A DNA stretch of 64,000 bases, taken from positions 5,022,001-5,086,000 of the forward strand of contig CM119378.1 in the NCBI GenBank assembly GCA_051294905.1, in the 5' to 3' direction. The notes under the pieces are model-generated. The model searched no databases and was not told where the DNA came from. It saw only the letters and a program-made list of their open reading frames with translations. Source of the stretch: Botryllus schlosseri (taxonomy: Eukaryota). Below are positions 1-12,200 of the stretch, in pieces (within the stretch, counting starts at the first letter, position 1; each line of letters begins with the position of its first letter). The position numbers were made by a program, and so were the translations under genes.

Positions 1-225
1 TCGTACATTGAGCATAAGCCATCTGTTCGAATTCTTGTGCCTGTGACCTCATAATTGGTGATACGACTGTTGATATACTAAGTTCTTCTGAATTCTCTAC
101 TAGATGCTGATGATTACCCCTGATGTATGTCAATATGAATATACCATGCCATTGTACATTAAAGCACTGTACCTCTAATAGTCTCATCAAATATGAAGTT
201 ATGAGCAACTCGGCACAAACTCTAC

Positions 226-3200
226 CTGGGTTATGATCCCTTTGAATTCAGTATAAGTGAGAAAGTCGACTTGGAACCATGAAGTTTCTTGATCATTGTC
301 GTCTGGCTCCCATGCCCCATGGGCACCAACCGAAACTGGGCCTGTACATAAGGAATATGGAATTATTGCACCATCATTTTTCAATAAGAGACGCCCTTCA
401 ATATTCTTTAATTGAAATCCTGTTGAATATTTGAGATTCCAATCCAAGTGGAAACACAAATTTCGCAGCATATCTAAATCAAAGTCCAAAGCCAGTCAAT
501 CTCACTTTAATAGTTTTGACTCGTATCAAATTGAGTCATCTTCAATTCACCACCGAGTCAAGGTGCAAAGGTTGCAAGTTGTAGCTTTTAGTCCAAACAT
601 AGTGTTCAATACTGTTTAGTAGGGTTGTTCAAAAATAACATTTTTTTTTTGTCGGATTCGGAGGATTCACCGATTCAATTGTTATGTTACCTAAAATAAT
701 GCTGCACACCATATTTTGCTCAATTCCAACCAGTACAAACTGCGGCAGGGCCAATTGAAATTTTTAAATACATTAGAAAAATATTTTTTCAAGGTACTGT
801 CAACCCCGCGAAATTGTCAAATTGCCTAAGAAAAACAATGCATATCAAGTTTTTCTCATTTCACCAGTAGAAGCGAAGTTATTGCTGTTGAAAGTTTTGG
901 ATTTGCAAAAATATCTTTGAATGGCGGGTAATCCCAGAACTATTGATGAAAAAGTCAAATACCTTTGCTTCTACAGGTTGGAATTGCGTCAAATTTTTAC
1001 TGCATCGTTTTTGTAGACAACTCAACAATTTCGTGGGGTTGACAGTAAAAATTGTAAAAAAATTTTTTTTTTTTAATAAATCCAAAAATTCCAATTGCCT
1101 CTGCTACCGTGTATTTACTGGTTGGAATTGAGCTGAATTTGGTGATCAACATTTTTTAGGAAACTTTTAGGCAATTGCATATTCAAATCTAGTCCTAGAA
1201 TATTTAGTTTTTCTCTTGCTTGGAAACTACTACTTCTACTTGGTGTGAATTTATGTCGCTGGCGCTACATCTACTCAAGTACCGATGACGATTACTCGGG
1301 CCACCTCTACTCTTAACAGGGTTCTTCAAACAGATAAAGGAAGGTTTCTGGCCGAGTTTGTCTCCAGTCATATGAATTGGTAAAGTCATGCGCAGTGACT
1401 CGAGTACAAGTCGAGTCGATTCATTTCCATATTTAGGAAAATGACGTGAGTCAAGTCGAGTCACCGAAAAATCACAACTCAAGACGAGTCATTACAAACC
1501 TGAATTTTATGACAGAGTCCAAAACCAAATTAACTTTCATATCAATCTTAAATCCATATCCGATTAATATCCGTTATATTTTGATATCCAAATCCAAACC
1601 TAAGCTTATCTCCAACTCACGCCGCTCAGACACCAACCTGCGTCAACCACCACAACAGTGTCCTGCATGTTCAACCGTCCCCTGGTCGCGTTGAAATTCA
1701 CATCACGAAAGGACGACACGCTCAGAAAGCTGTCTGGGATGGCGCCTCCCTTCTCCACACCGAGATGTCTGAAGCAGCACGCCTCGTTGCTCCTGCATTC
1801 GCTCTGCGCCACATCAGTCCCGATGATGCTGTTACCCGTGTCTCCGATTTTTTCGCAAATAAAGTGACGCGTTCTGGCGCAACGGTCGTCGTTCCACCTC
1901 CCAGTGGCTAAGTAAAGCTCGGCGCAGTCCTCTTCTCCGGAGTTGTTTGGCTCGCCTGAACAGCAACATGGTTGGATGGTAATCATCTAGCTTAGTGCAG
2001 AGCCAAATCATGGCGCAGTCATGCTATAATCCAGCACAGGTAAGTTACAGCAAAAGAATACAGAGTCAAGTGAAAAGAAACATATAATTTGGCAATTACA
2101 ATTCGTTACACAGATAGAAAGAGAGAGATAAAGGATTTATTGATCACCGCAAAAATCCAAAAGCAGAATTCAAGTTTGCATGACACAAAAGATTGTTTTG
2201 ATGCAGTACACAAAAAGCTGTTCCTATAAGGAGCAAAATGAATATAGATAGATACATATGTGATAATAGTTACAGTAATACCTAGATAAAGCTGCATCGA
2301 AGTGATCTGGTGATTATTAAGTCTACTTCAGCTGTTAGGAGTAATCGGATATATATTGTGTACTTTGAAGCTATAACAGTGAATACTGTGGTGAATGTAA
2401 CATAATACAGCAAGTGCTGCGAAGGACTAGGCAAATCTTGAAATATATATGACTAAATAAATCTAGGGCAAAACATAAATATACGATGGACCAAGATAAA
2501 TAAAGAGTAACAGTTATGTAAAGAAACAAATCAATTTCAATGCAACTGTCAACACTATAATGCTCTACATCAGGGATGTGCAGACCTTTTGACAAGTGGC
2601 CCAGATTTAAAACAACGGTCCGCGTCCTCATGTTGGCTCCAGTATATTTTCTAGGCCCATCGTCTCATAAGAATTGCAACGGTGCTGGCGTAACTGACAT
2701 TAGAATCTGATACCCCACTTTATATAACATTTAGACTGGATGTTACTCAATAAATTTTGTCAATATATACAATTATACATGCGCATTGCGCAAAGTCCGC
2801 ATCCAAATTTTAGTTATTTCAATTTTCTCGTAGCCCACGTGTTTGGAGAAGGATAACATTTGTATAGATTTTCTCTACCTGACTCCCAATTGAGGTAATT
2901 GAAAGGACTTCCATCAGACCACGACCATCCGCCGTCATAGACATCAACTACATCGTCTTGCCAGGACATTTTGTCTGACGCACCGATCCATAGATTGGCA
3001 GCGAATCCCAGTTGTTGAGTCAAATCTAAATCGAAAGTGTATGCCAAATGCTTAACCAGTCAATATCGGGAAACTGGTTGATGTGTATTGCTGTAAAACA
3101 CACCATGAATGAATGCGTTCTCTTCGGGTGTATTTATCGATATCAAATCTCCCCCGTGATTCTGGCATTCTGCTCTTGCGTCATTCCATGTTCTTGTACG

Positions 3201-6200
3201 GCCCGCATCGACCTAGTAATTGAACAAATGCAACAGCTTCAAACATCTCGCCTGTACCGTGTCATAAAACCGAGTTGGTTGACAAAAGTACATGGATCAA
3301 AATTCGAATAGAGCGACACGATCTTTTCCAAATTAAATTAGAACGAGAATCACTGAATTCACAAAAACTTGAAAAATGAAAGAAATTTCAAATTAAAAAG
3401 AAATACAATAAAATCAAGTTCCGTTAAATCATATCTGCATTCATTCCCATGAGCATGAAAATGGCAATATCATTACCGTACACTAAGCTTGACTCGTTTC
3501 GCACTATACAGTTCTCTTGTAGCATTTTCAGGGCAACGAGAAATAAGATTAGAATTTATATTAGAGCAAAGAAACAGTCCACAAAGCAGATTAGAATTAG
3601 ATTACCGGCATTTCCTTCGAACTAGTTGCATAATAATTGTCTAGTTGTCCAAGACTGCTCGACAGATGCCTTTCAAATCGGAGACCAGAGGGAATGTCTC
3701 TAATTGACTCAATATAACGTCTAGCGGTGATGTATCAACAGAAAAAGATAGTTTGACTTTACAAAACAAATTCAATACCTTGTAGCAGCTGCTTGAAGAT
3801 GGGTTGGAAAACCATCCATTACCGCCACACTTTTCGTAGTCAGGATCTAAACATGAAGATGTCATCAATATTTCAAGGTTTATTAGCATCTACAGCGAAT
3901 AGGCTGCTTTGGCATGTCAGTAACAAAGTACTTCTACTTTCTCAACGTATTGAAGGCGGCTTTAGATAATTGAACTATTGACTACTTTTACACGAATATT
4001 TAACCCCCTCTGCGCTTTGGAAATAATCCGATTTTGTGAATATGCTTAATAGGCAAATATGCTGGTCTGAAAATATGGGAAAAGTTGATATGATACCATT
4101 CAATTGCAAATTGGCTGTGTGCAGACTTAGGAAGCTGTACAATGCTATTTCTGCGCCATTCTTGTCCAGCAGCATATGCACAACATGCACTCGTGGTGGC
4201 GATGCATATGCGATCATGTATATGCCACAAAAACAACACAGACAAAAATATAAAACGTACTATTCCTATAACTGTTACTGTAATCTTAGGGCTTAGATTG
4301 TTACATAAACACGGTATTTCTTACGTAAATCTGGAGGAGTCGGCGCGACCGGCGTGATTTCAACTGAAAAGAATACATAACTCATACAACTTTTTACTCA
4401 AGCACATGCATAATCGAGTTTGGCATACTTTCGTTCGTTTTACAGACAAAAGTATGATACTGGGAACACGAGTCATCCACCCATAAGCCCGAGTCTTCCT
4501 TAGCAAATACACACTGCTTGCTTTTTGTAGCACTGCTGTCCCAATTCACTATTTGAACTTCGTTTCCTGAATCAAGCCACGTATACTGTCCACCTTGATT
4601 TTCGAGTCCAATCCAGCTGTCCTGCTGCATATGTCCTGATAGCGAAAAGTGCAGCATGTGGTATTTGAATAATGGTTGAGGATTTGAAGAAATTCTTGGA
4701 GGTACCAGATATTAGCATACAATTGACTGGTGTATTCATATAGAAATGAAACCGAATATTTTATTCTGATACTGGTCAGGGTTAATCGGTAGCAACTAGT
4801 AGAGAATTGGAAAGAATATTGTATATCAACCATCGTATCACAAAATATGACTTTGCCCCGATTATTCAAAATATCATGTCGGTGACGTCATATTTCGTGA
4901 TACAATTGCTGATATAGAAAGTTCTTTCCAATTCTCTACTAGTTGCTGATGATAGCTCCTGACCAGTGTCGGCCGAAAATATTCCAGTTCAGTTCAATAT
5001 ATACTTATAGTATTCCGTTAAATAGAAAATTTATAAAGGAAAGCAGTATCAATAGAACAATTCCGGTAATAGTTTATTCAATTAAATCAATGGTTGAAAC
5101 CTGACTGGACTAGGAGTTGAATTGAAAATGAATCGACTTGACTCGAGTCAAAACTATATAAGTAAAATTCACTCATGAATCGGAACCTTGTGACTTGGTT
5201 ACAACCATGGGGGCGGACCCCTAAAGTTCTGAGTGGTTGTGTTGACCCCGAGACCGGACAGTTTGGGAAGCTAATCACTTCCACCCAGTGATAATTACTG
5301 TCTCATATTGCCATCTGGTCAAGTCGTTTCCCAAAAAGCTACCAGTTGACTAAAAAAACGAAAATATGATAAAGTAAGGATGTAAGTCAAAATATGGACA
5401 GATCTTATAAAGGACAGTGTTTTTATATTGTAGTTTTAACATCGGCCTTTCATGAACCCCTTAAAACTAATCCATGAACCCCAGGTTAAGAACCCCTGAA
5501 TAAATGAACATTTTTTTCAGCAAACATGATTGGAATTAGCTTGAATCCCATCTGTTACAATTACTTTTCCTTCTATCTTCAGTTGCCAACGATAGCTTAG
5601 TCATACCCATGGGATTACTTACCCACAATGAAGGACATTTCACCAGTCGACAAAACACTTGCCAATGTCGAAGGATGGTCTCTGTCCGATAGATTTTCAC
5701 AAAATACCTTAGCCTGTGACTGCGATTTTTCAGAGTTCCCAAAAAAGAAGCAATACCCGGTCTTGAACCATCGCCAGCCATCTTTACACTTTCCATCCAC
5801 TAGATGACGCCGTGAAAGGAATGGTTTAGTGGGGTGAACGCACAATTAGTCAATCAAGCCTAACGAAACATCAAGCCCATTAATTTAAAGTTGACATAAC
5901 CGACTCATTCAGCGATAAAACATAAGTGTCAACTCAACAAGTTTTATGCTAGGTTTGAAACTCGCGATTTGACATTGTAAATATACACAGTTACAGTAAA
6001 TATTGAACGATTAATTGACATGCATGAACAGCAACTGGGCCGGAGGTCGATATTGGCAAGGGTAGTCATCGAAAGTACTCTTGGTGAAAATTGAAATTGC
6101 AATTCAAGATGTGTTTGCCAGGCTGTATCACTTTGGAAATTACCAAAGAAAATGAGTGATGCGTAGAGTATTAACTTGAAGGGTTAGATTTCGATGCTTG

Positions 6201-9200
6201 ACACATTGTACATATCTCTCATTTCAATATTCTAGATGCTGTGTGTGTGATTGAAAGACTAGTGCAAGTCTTTTTGACTCTTTCCTATCTGGTCAGGGGT
6301 CATCGCTATCTAGTGATGTTATTAAATGATGAAAGTAATAATAAACTGAATCAAGTTTCCTTAAAAACAAAACGTGCTAAAAAATCAAACTTTCAAATTG
6401 CCTGTTAGGAGTGTACTGACAGGTACAATATTTCATGGTTTTAGAGTTTCTGAGATTCCTCTTATGTGAACATAGTAAATCAAGCCTTTTGAAGTACAGA
6501 AAGTCATAATCCAATCTAAATTGTAATCTGTGTGATGCTACGACGTAAACTGATGTCAAATGCATTTTATTCTCAACTTAATGTGAATAGGAAAGGTACT
6601 TGTTCTTCAAAAACTGTTGAAATGTTAGTAAATCAGTTGCACAGAAACTATATTGAACTCTCAGAAAAAGCATAACTGCTTTGCTAGTGATCACCACTTG
6701 AAAGTGATAAACTTACCGACTACAGGATCCAACTGCGGAAGCCTGGATCCTTCCGGCAGCTCACATATGAATTGACGTTCAAAAAAGCAGCTAGTTGTTT
6801 CCCAGTTATTGTGATCCGAACTGCCCGAATACATAGCCATGCAATCGTACTGATCTAAAAGCATCGTGAATTTCAGAAGACAATTTTCATACGAAAATTC
6901 ATATACCAATATTAATAGAAACTGCTATCATAAAACATGGATTTCAGTGCGCTCCAGAAGAGGAGCCTAATATACAAGATCAGTAGACTTGATGCTTTTT
7001 TGAAAAATATATCCAAGGGGAATAATTGAATGTTGATGTATTGCGAAAAGTGAAGGGGACAATCAAACTTGGTATTATTTGCGAAAATGTCTTACAAGAA
7101 TTTACGGTACCCAATGTGTTAGCACAAGCAGTACAAACATCTAGTTCAGCGGTTCCCAACTTTTTTCGACTCATATCCGCCTTATCAAGCTCAACACAAA
7201 TTTTTGCCACCCATATTTACCGATCTGAAAATGAGAAAATCTAAACGGGAAATTTATTCAATTAACTATGATCGCTGGTGAATTGACTAAAAATAGGTCA
7301 AGTTCTGTATCTTAAATAGTCTTTTCAGAGAATGATTTGTTAGTGGGAAATCAAACTGGTCAAATTTTTGTTCCTGTTAAGCGATCTGTTTGTTTTAAAG
7401 GCAATGCATTATTAGGGAATGCAGTTTTGCAGTGCTATAAATATGTTATCGCACATACCTTTAGTTGCTTTGGGCATATTGTCATCCCAGTACTTTATCG
7501 CCAGCGGTGTATTATCCCACCAAGTGAATGAATCATCGTGCCCAATATCAGACCCTCCAATCCAAATCAGATCAGCACCGGAATTATAATACTGCTCCAG
7601 GGCACCAGCCAGGTTGTCTTGCTGCTCTTTACTGTTAAGCACATCCAATACTTGATCATATATTATGCAAAAAAAAATGGTATGATTACGTTTCAATCTT
7701 CAATAGTCCGCCTCCTTCCAAATTGCAAGTCGCGAGAGCATTGGTCCAAGATGTTGCTCGATTAGGATTGACGATAAACTCGTAGCACTTGTCAGCAAGA
7801 AAAGTCCAGCCCGTGGGACATGTCGCTGAATTGAAAATTAGCATCATGAGAAGAGATACAAATTTCCGTCTTATGACAGGCTACATCTTGCGGCTAGTGT
7901 AAGTTTCTTGCGAGATGTGAAAAGAATATTCGACACCACAAATTGACACCATCCGCAATAGCTAATGTATGTTATGTGTATTATTTAGTAATATGAATCA
8001 TCAAATTCAACATCTCTATAGATTAGTGCAGTGCAACCTGTGGCCAGCCAAGAATTGCCAATTTATATGGCTTGCATGGCTTGTAAAATGGGTTACTGAG
8101 TCAGCTCAGTCTGGTAAGCTTGAGATTAGCTCATTTGGGCTAAGAGGCTGCACTAAAAGGCAATAAAATCACTGAAATATACTGACTTTGAATTTTTCGA
8201 CCAAATTTATTTGATACCCTGGCAAATATTTACGTAGTTTCTGAGAAAAGGAAAAAATCATAAATTACATAAAATATACATTTTGTTGTTTAAGGTGTTT
8301 CGAATCCATTAATGGAGAATTTTGGAGCATCAATTTCAACTTTTTTCAGCAATGTCAACCGAACAAGGGGTAAAACACGTTCGTTTGTGGATTGATGTTT
8401 CCGTCATTTCTAAACATCACAAGATTGCAATTGCAATACACTGTCAGATAGAAAGGAGACGGCATGACTTGGTGAAATTTATCAATCAAAATCAAATCAA
8501 ATAAACGTTATCATGAATAGTAAAAAAAACATGTTAAAACGAAGCATGAACAATGAATGAGAATAAAGAAACAACATCATAATTTGCAAGAATCAAGATG
8601 CACTCTATGCTGTGAGAAGTAAGGCGGCCATGGATTGGAAGTTTGGTAATCACCACTGTAGCGATGAACAATGTACCTTTGAAACCTTTCTCGCATATGA
8701 TGTTGTATTCGTTGGAGCATTTCACAAGATCCCATTTGTAATTATTATTTGGATCCATCACGGCACAGCTGCTTCCTTCGTATGGCGGGCTGAAATCAAG
8801 CCGCCATTACTAATAGACACTGTCCACCATGCACAAAAAATTCATGCAAATCTACCATTGTGAATTGAGTGGAAATTTTCATGAAACAACATGAGATTTT
8901 GATACGAAAACCACGTTCAGTAAACCTTACTCGTTTGGAGTGGCTGCCGACAGGAAGTTGCTGTAGGAATAGCTTTCAAATGTGCTCCATTGCAGATTGC
9001 CACCATCGGCCTACAATATATGTTGGTTTTTGATCAGAATCAGATTTCAGGCACAGTTCCAGGTCAGAACATGTGTAACTGCATATGTCTGTTGGTATGA
9101 GCTATATTACACCTTGTAGTACACATAGCTCATACAACCAGAACTAGGTTTCTCTATATTTACTGATTACTCGAGCGGCTATGATTTCTGTCTACTTCCA

Positions 9201-12200
9201 CTTTCAATTACATTTTTTTGATGCTAAACTACTCACTTTTACACTTGGGTTTTTGTAAAATAGAAAGTAGTTTGAGATCGGTTTCCAACATTTTTGTGAG
9301 TAAAATAAGAACAACCGTGCGAAATAACCCCTGTATCATGATAACATAATATATATTTGAAAACTGCCGTAAAAGTCAGGCTTATTTTGAAAATTGCTGT
9401 AATATAATCAGACTTATACAAACTACTCATATAGTTAATTGATGGTCAACTAACTAACGGTTTTTTGTGTAGTTCTAGTTCTTGCTGCAGATTTTGAAAA
9501 GTGAGCAGTTCTGGTTCTAGTTCTAGATGCGGATTTTGAAAAGTGAGCAGTTCTGGTTCTAGTTCTAGTTGCTGATTTTGAAAATTCAGTTGTTCTAGTT
9601 TCATATTTGAAAAATATATTAATTGCCGAACAACTAGAAAGCATGTGTTGTAGTTTTGCGTGAATCGAGATATCGGTGTTCTGTTGAATAACATCATGTG
9701 ACAAAATTTTACAAAAGTTTCAGTTGGCTATAATTTTTTATGTATAGTGTTTTAGTATTCCAATCGAATTACAAAAATATCAAAATTTTCCGCGAAGTGT
9801 CCCAAATTTTGAAGAAATGTCAATTTCTCTAATTTTTTATTTTACCCATATTTGCTCTGTATTAATCACAATAATTCTTTCTTGGAGGCAGGAAAATGCT
9901 AATGAAAAGGTTAATATGAACAAATATAGCTTACTCAATACTCATGCATCGAGTACCAAATCAACACTTTAAAAAACGTCAGAAGTGGTTTTGTTTGCGT
10001 GACTTGCGTCCGTAAAATGAGAAATCTTCTCTTCTTATGGACCAAAAATAACACCATGTAACAAAATTTTGCAAAATTTTATTTGAGTAAAGATTTTTAT
10101 GTATTGTGTTTTGCTATTCCAAACCACTCACTAAAATATTTCTAAAATTTCTTTTGGAGTGTTCCTAGTCTTAAGAAATGTCACTTTTTGTGATTTCTCG
10201 TTTTACTCTAAATTGCCCTGTAATAATACGCATAATTCCTTATTGAACGTACAAATCCACTAACAAAACGAAGGAATATGCACAAATGTGGCTCCCACAG
10301 ATTAAAAAGGATGGAAACACTTCAAAAATCTTCCGAATTGGGTTTGTTTGTATGATTTGGGTCTCTAGACTGAGAAATCTGCTGGTATTATGGAATACGT
10401 GAAAATCGTTCATACCCTTTTCTCGACGATGGACATCGTTCCCTAGTTTCAACCTTGGAGTCAGAATTTCCGCATTTAATTTAGTGATTCCCGACTAAAT
10501 CATCAAGTTCGTGTTGGTTACGAATGTGTGGTTTTGGATTTATATCTGTGAGATGTTGAAGTCGTCATCGGAGTAATTTTCTGTATCTTTAAGCCCTGTC
10601 GAGTCTTCTGGAGCTTTTTTGCCTGATAGTTGGGCAGTGAAAACCTACTGCAATACGGAACAGGTGCTCAAGAGTAGATGGCATAGAAGGATATACAATG
10701 ACAAGTCATTTTTTAGTTATTCTGAATCTTGGAATGTCACCCATACAGAAATTACAGTCATCTATAAGGTTTCGAATTTCCCTTCAGCTTCTTTAATAAC
10801 AAATGACATTGAATGCCGATCTCCCCTTAGCCATCCATCCATATTTCATCCGCATGTTTCGCAGATTACACGAAATGCTCAGTTTTTATCTTTGTCCCCA
10901 ATCTTCATGCCAATGTAAAGTTAATAAGTATAAAAACCTTACTTCTATATATATTTTATGCTTAACTTGTTTCAAACTGATACACACCCCGCAGATATAT
11001 CAAAATCAGCCAGCAAGCAGATTACATTTATGATGTTGAAATTAATAATGAGATTGTACTTACTAAATCCACAATCAGATCCACAATCAGAACAAAACGA
11101 AAAGGAATTTGAGATTGCTTGGTGTAGCCAATACCGACTGAGACGATGATTGTTGCTAACACCCAACTATTATAAATTGTTGATAGGAATTTCAATAAAG
11201 GAGTTTGTAAAACATGGTGCGGGCAGTTTAAAAAGCTTAAAATGACATTTTTAAACGACACTTGAGGCAAATAGATGCCAGAAACATGTTTTACTAAGGA
11301 ATGTGGTATAGGAAATACCAAAAAATCGGCTCAACTAAATTTTTGTTACATGGTGGAATGTTTCTGCAGCCATTGCTAGTTCATAGCCATCATTACTAAC
11401 TGTGGCGTAGCCAGCGGGTGGGTTTTTTGGGTTGAAATATCTCCCATTTCACACTCGAAACCCTGTCCTCTTCAAATGTCGATATAAAATAAAAACTAAT
11501 GGGTTGCCTAGCAGAATGAAATCCGGTTCAGTACGGTTCTTAACATTAAATGACTTGAGAACCCCTCTTCCTGAGTGTGACAATTATTTTTCTGAGATTC
11601 ACAAGAAAGTCAAAAGTTTGCACTATGTTCTGCAGTGTATTAATTTATAAACGTCGTTAGTTCTAGTTCTAGTTGCGGGTTTTGAAAAGTGAGTAGTTTT
11701 AGTTTTAGTAGCGTATTTTGAAAAGTGAGTAGTTCCAGTTATAGTTACAGTTTTAAAATTTGAGTGGTTCTAGTTCTAGTTAGTGTTGCGCCTTTTGAAA
11801 ATTCAGTAGTTTGCACAAGTCTGAATGTAGTGTAATCAGTCAGTTTGTATTGTGGGATGATGCATCTTGAAATTTCTCAAGTAGCCACTATCCATTTGAT
11901 ATTAATATGCAACACCTCGACTAAATCTAATTTTTATAAATATTTTATCAGTGTTATACTTCTACTTGAAGTAGCTTTGTCATGTATTTGAAATTGCTAC
12001 TCCTGCTTGTGATTATGTAAAAATTTACGGCATTACCACTGCTTCTACTTGACTAGCAGTGGTGAATACCTTGACCTCCTCCGGTCTAGTGTATCAGAGT
12101 CAAATTTACCGTGTCTGACAGTCCTATCCAGAAGTCTTCATAAATTCCAGTATTTTGGACCAGATTTTGTACGGTAATCTGTTCCTGCGAACTCGTAATG

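Noticed and set aside
1-78. Next exon of lectin A (YINSRITNYEVTG...)
   Set aside because: It is truncated by the window edge, abuts a repeat fragment, and lacks the residues expected after GIITQ in an F5/8 domain; cannot be supported.
9446-9704. Repetitive ORFs (ELEPELLTFQN / RTRTR)
   Set aside because: They are translations of the ~36-bp tandem repeat inside a transposon.
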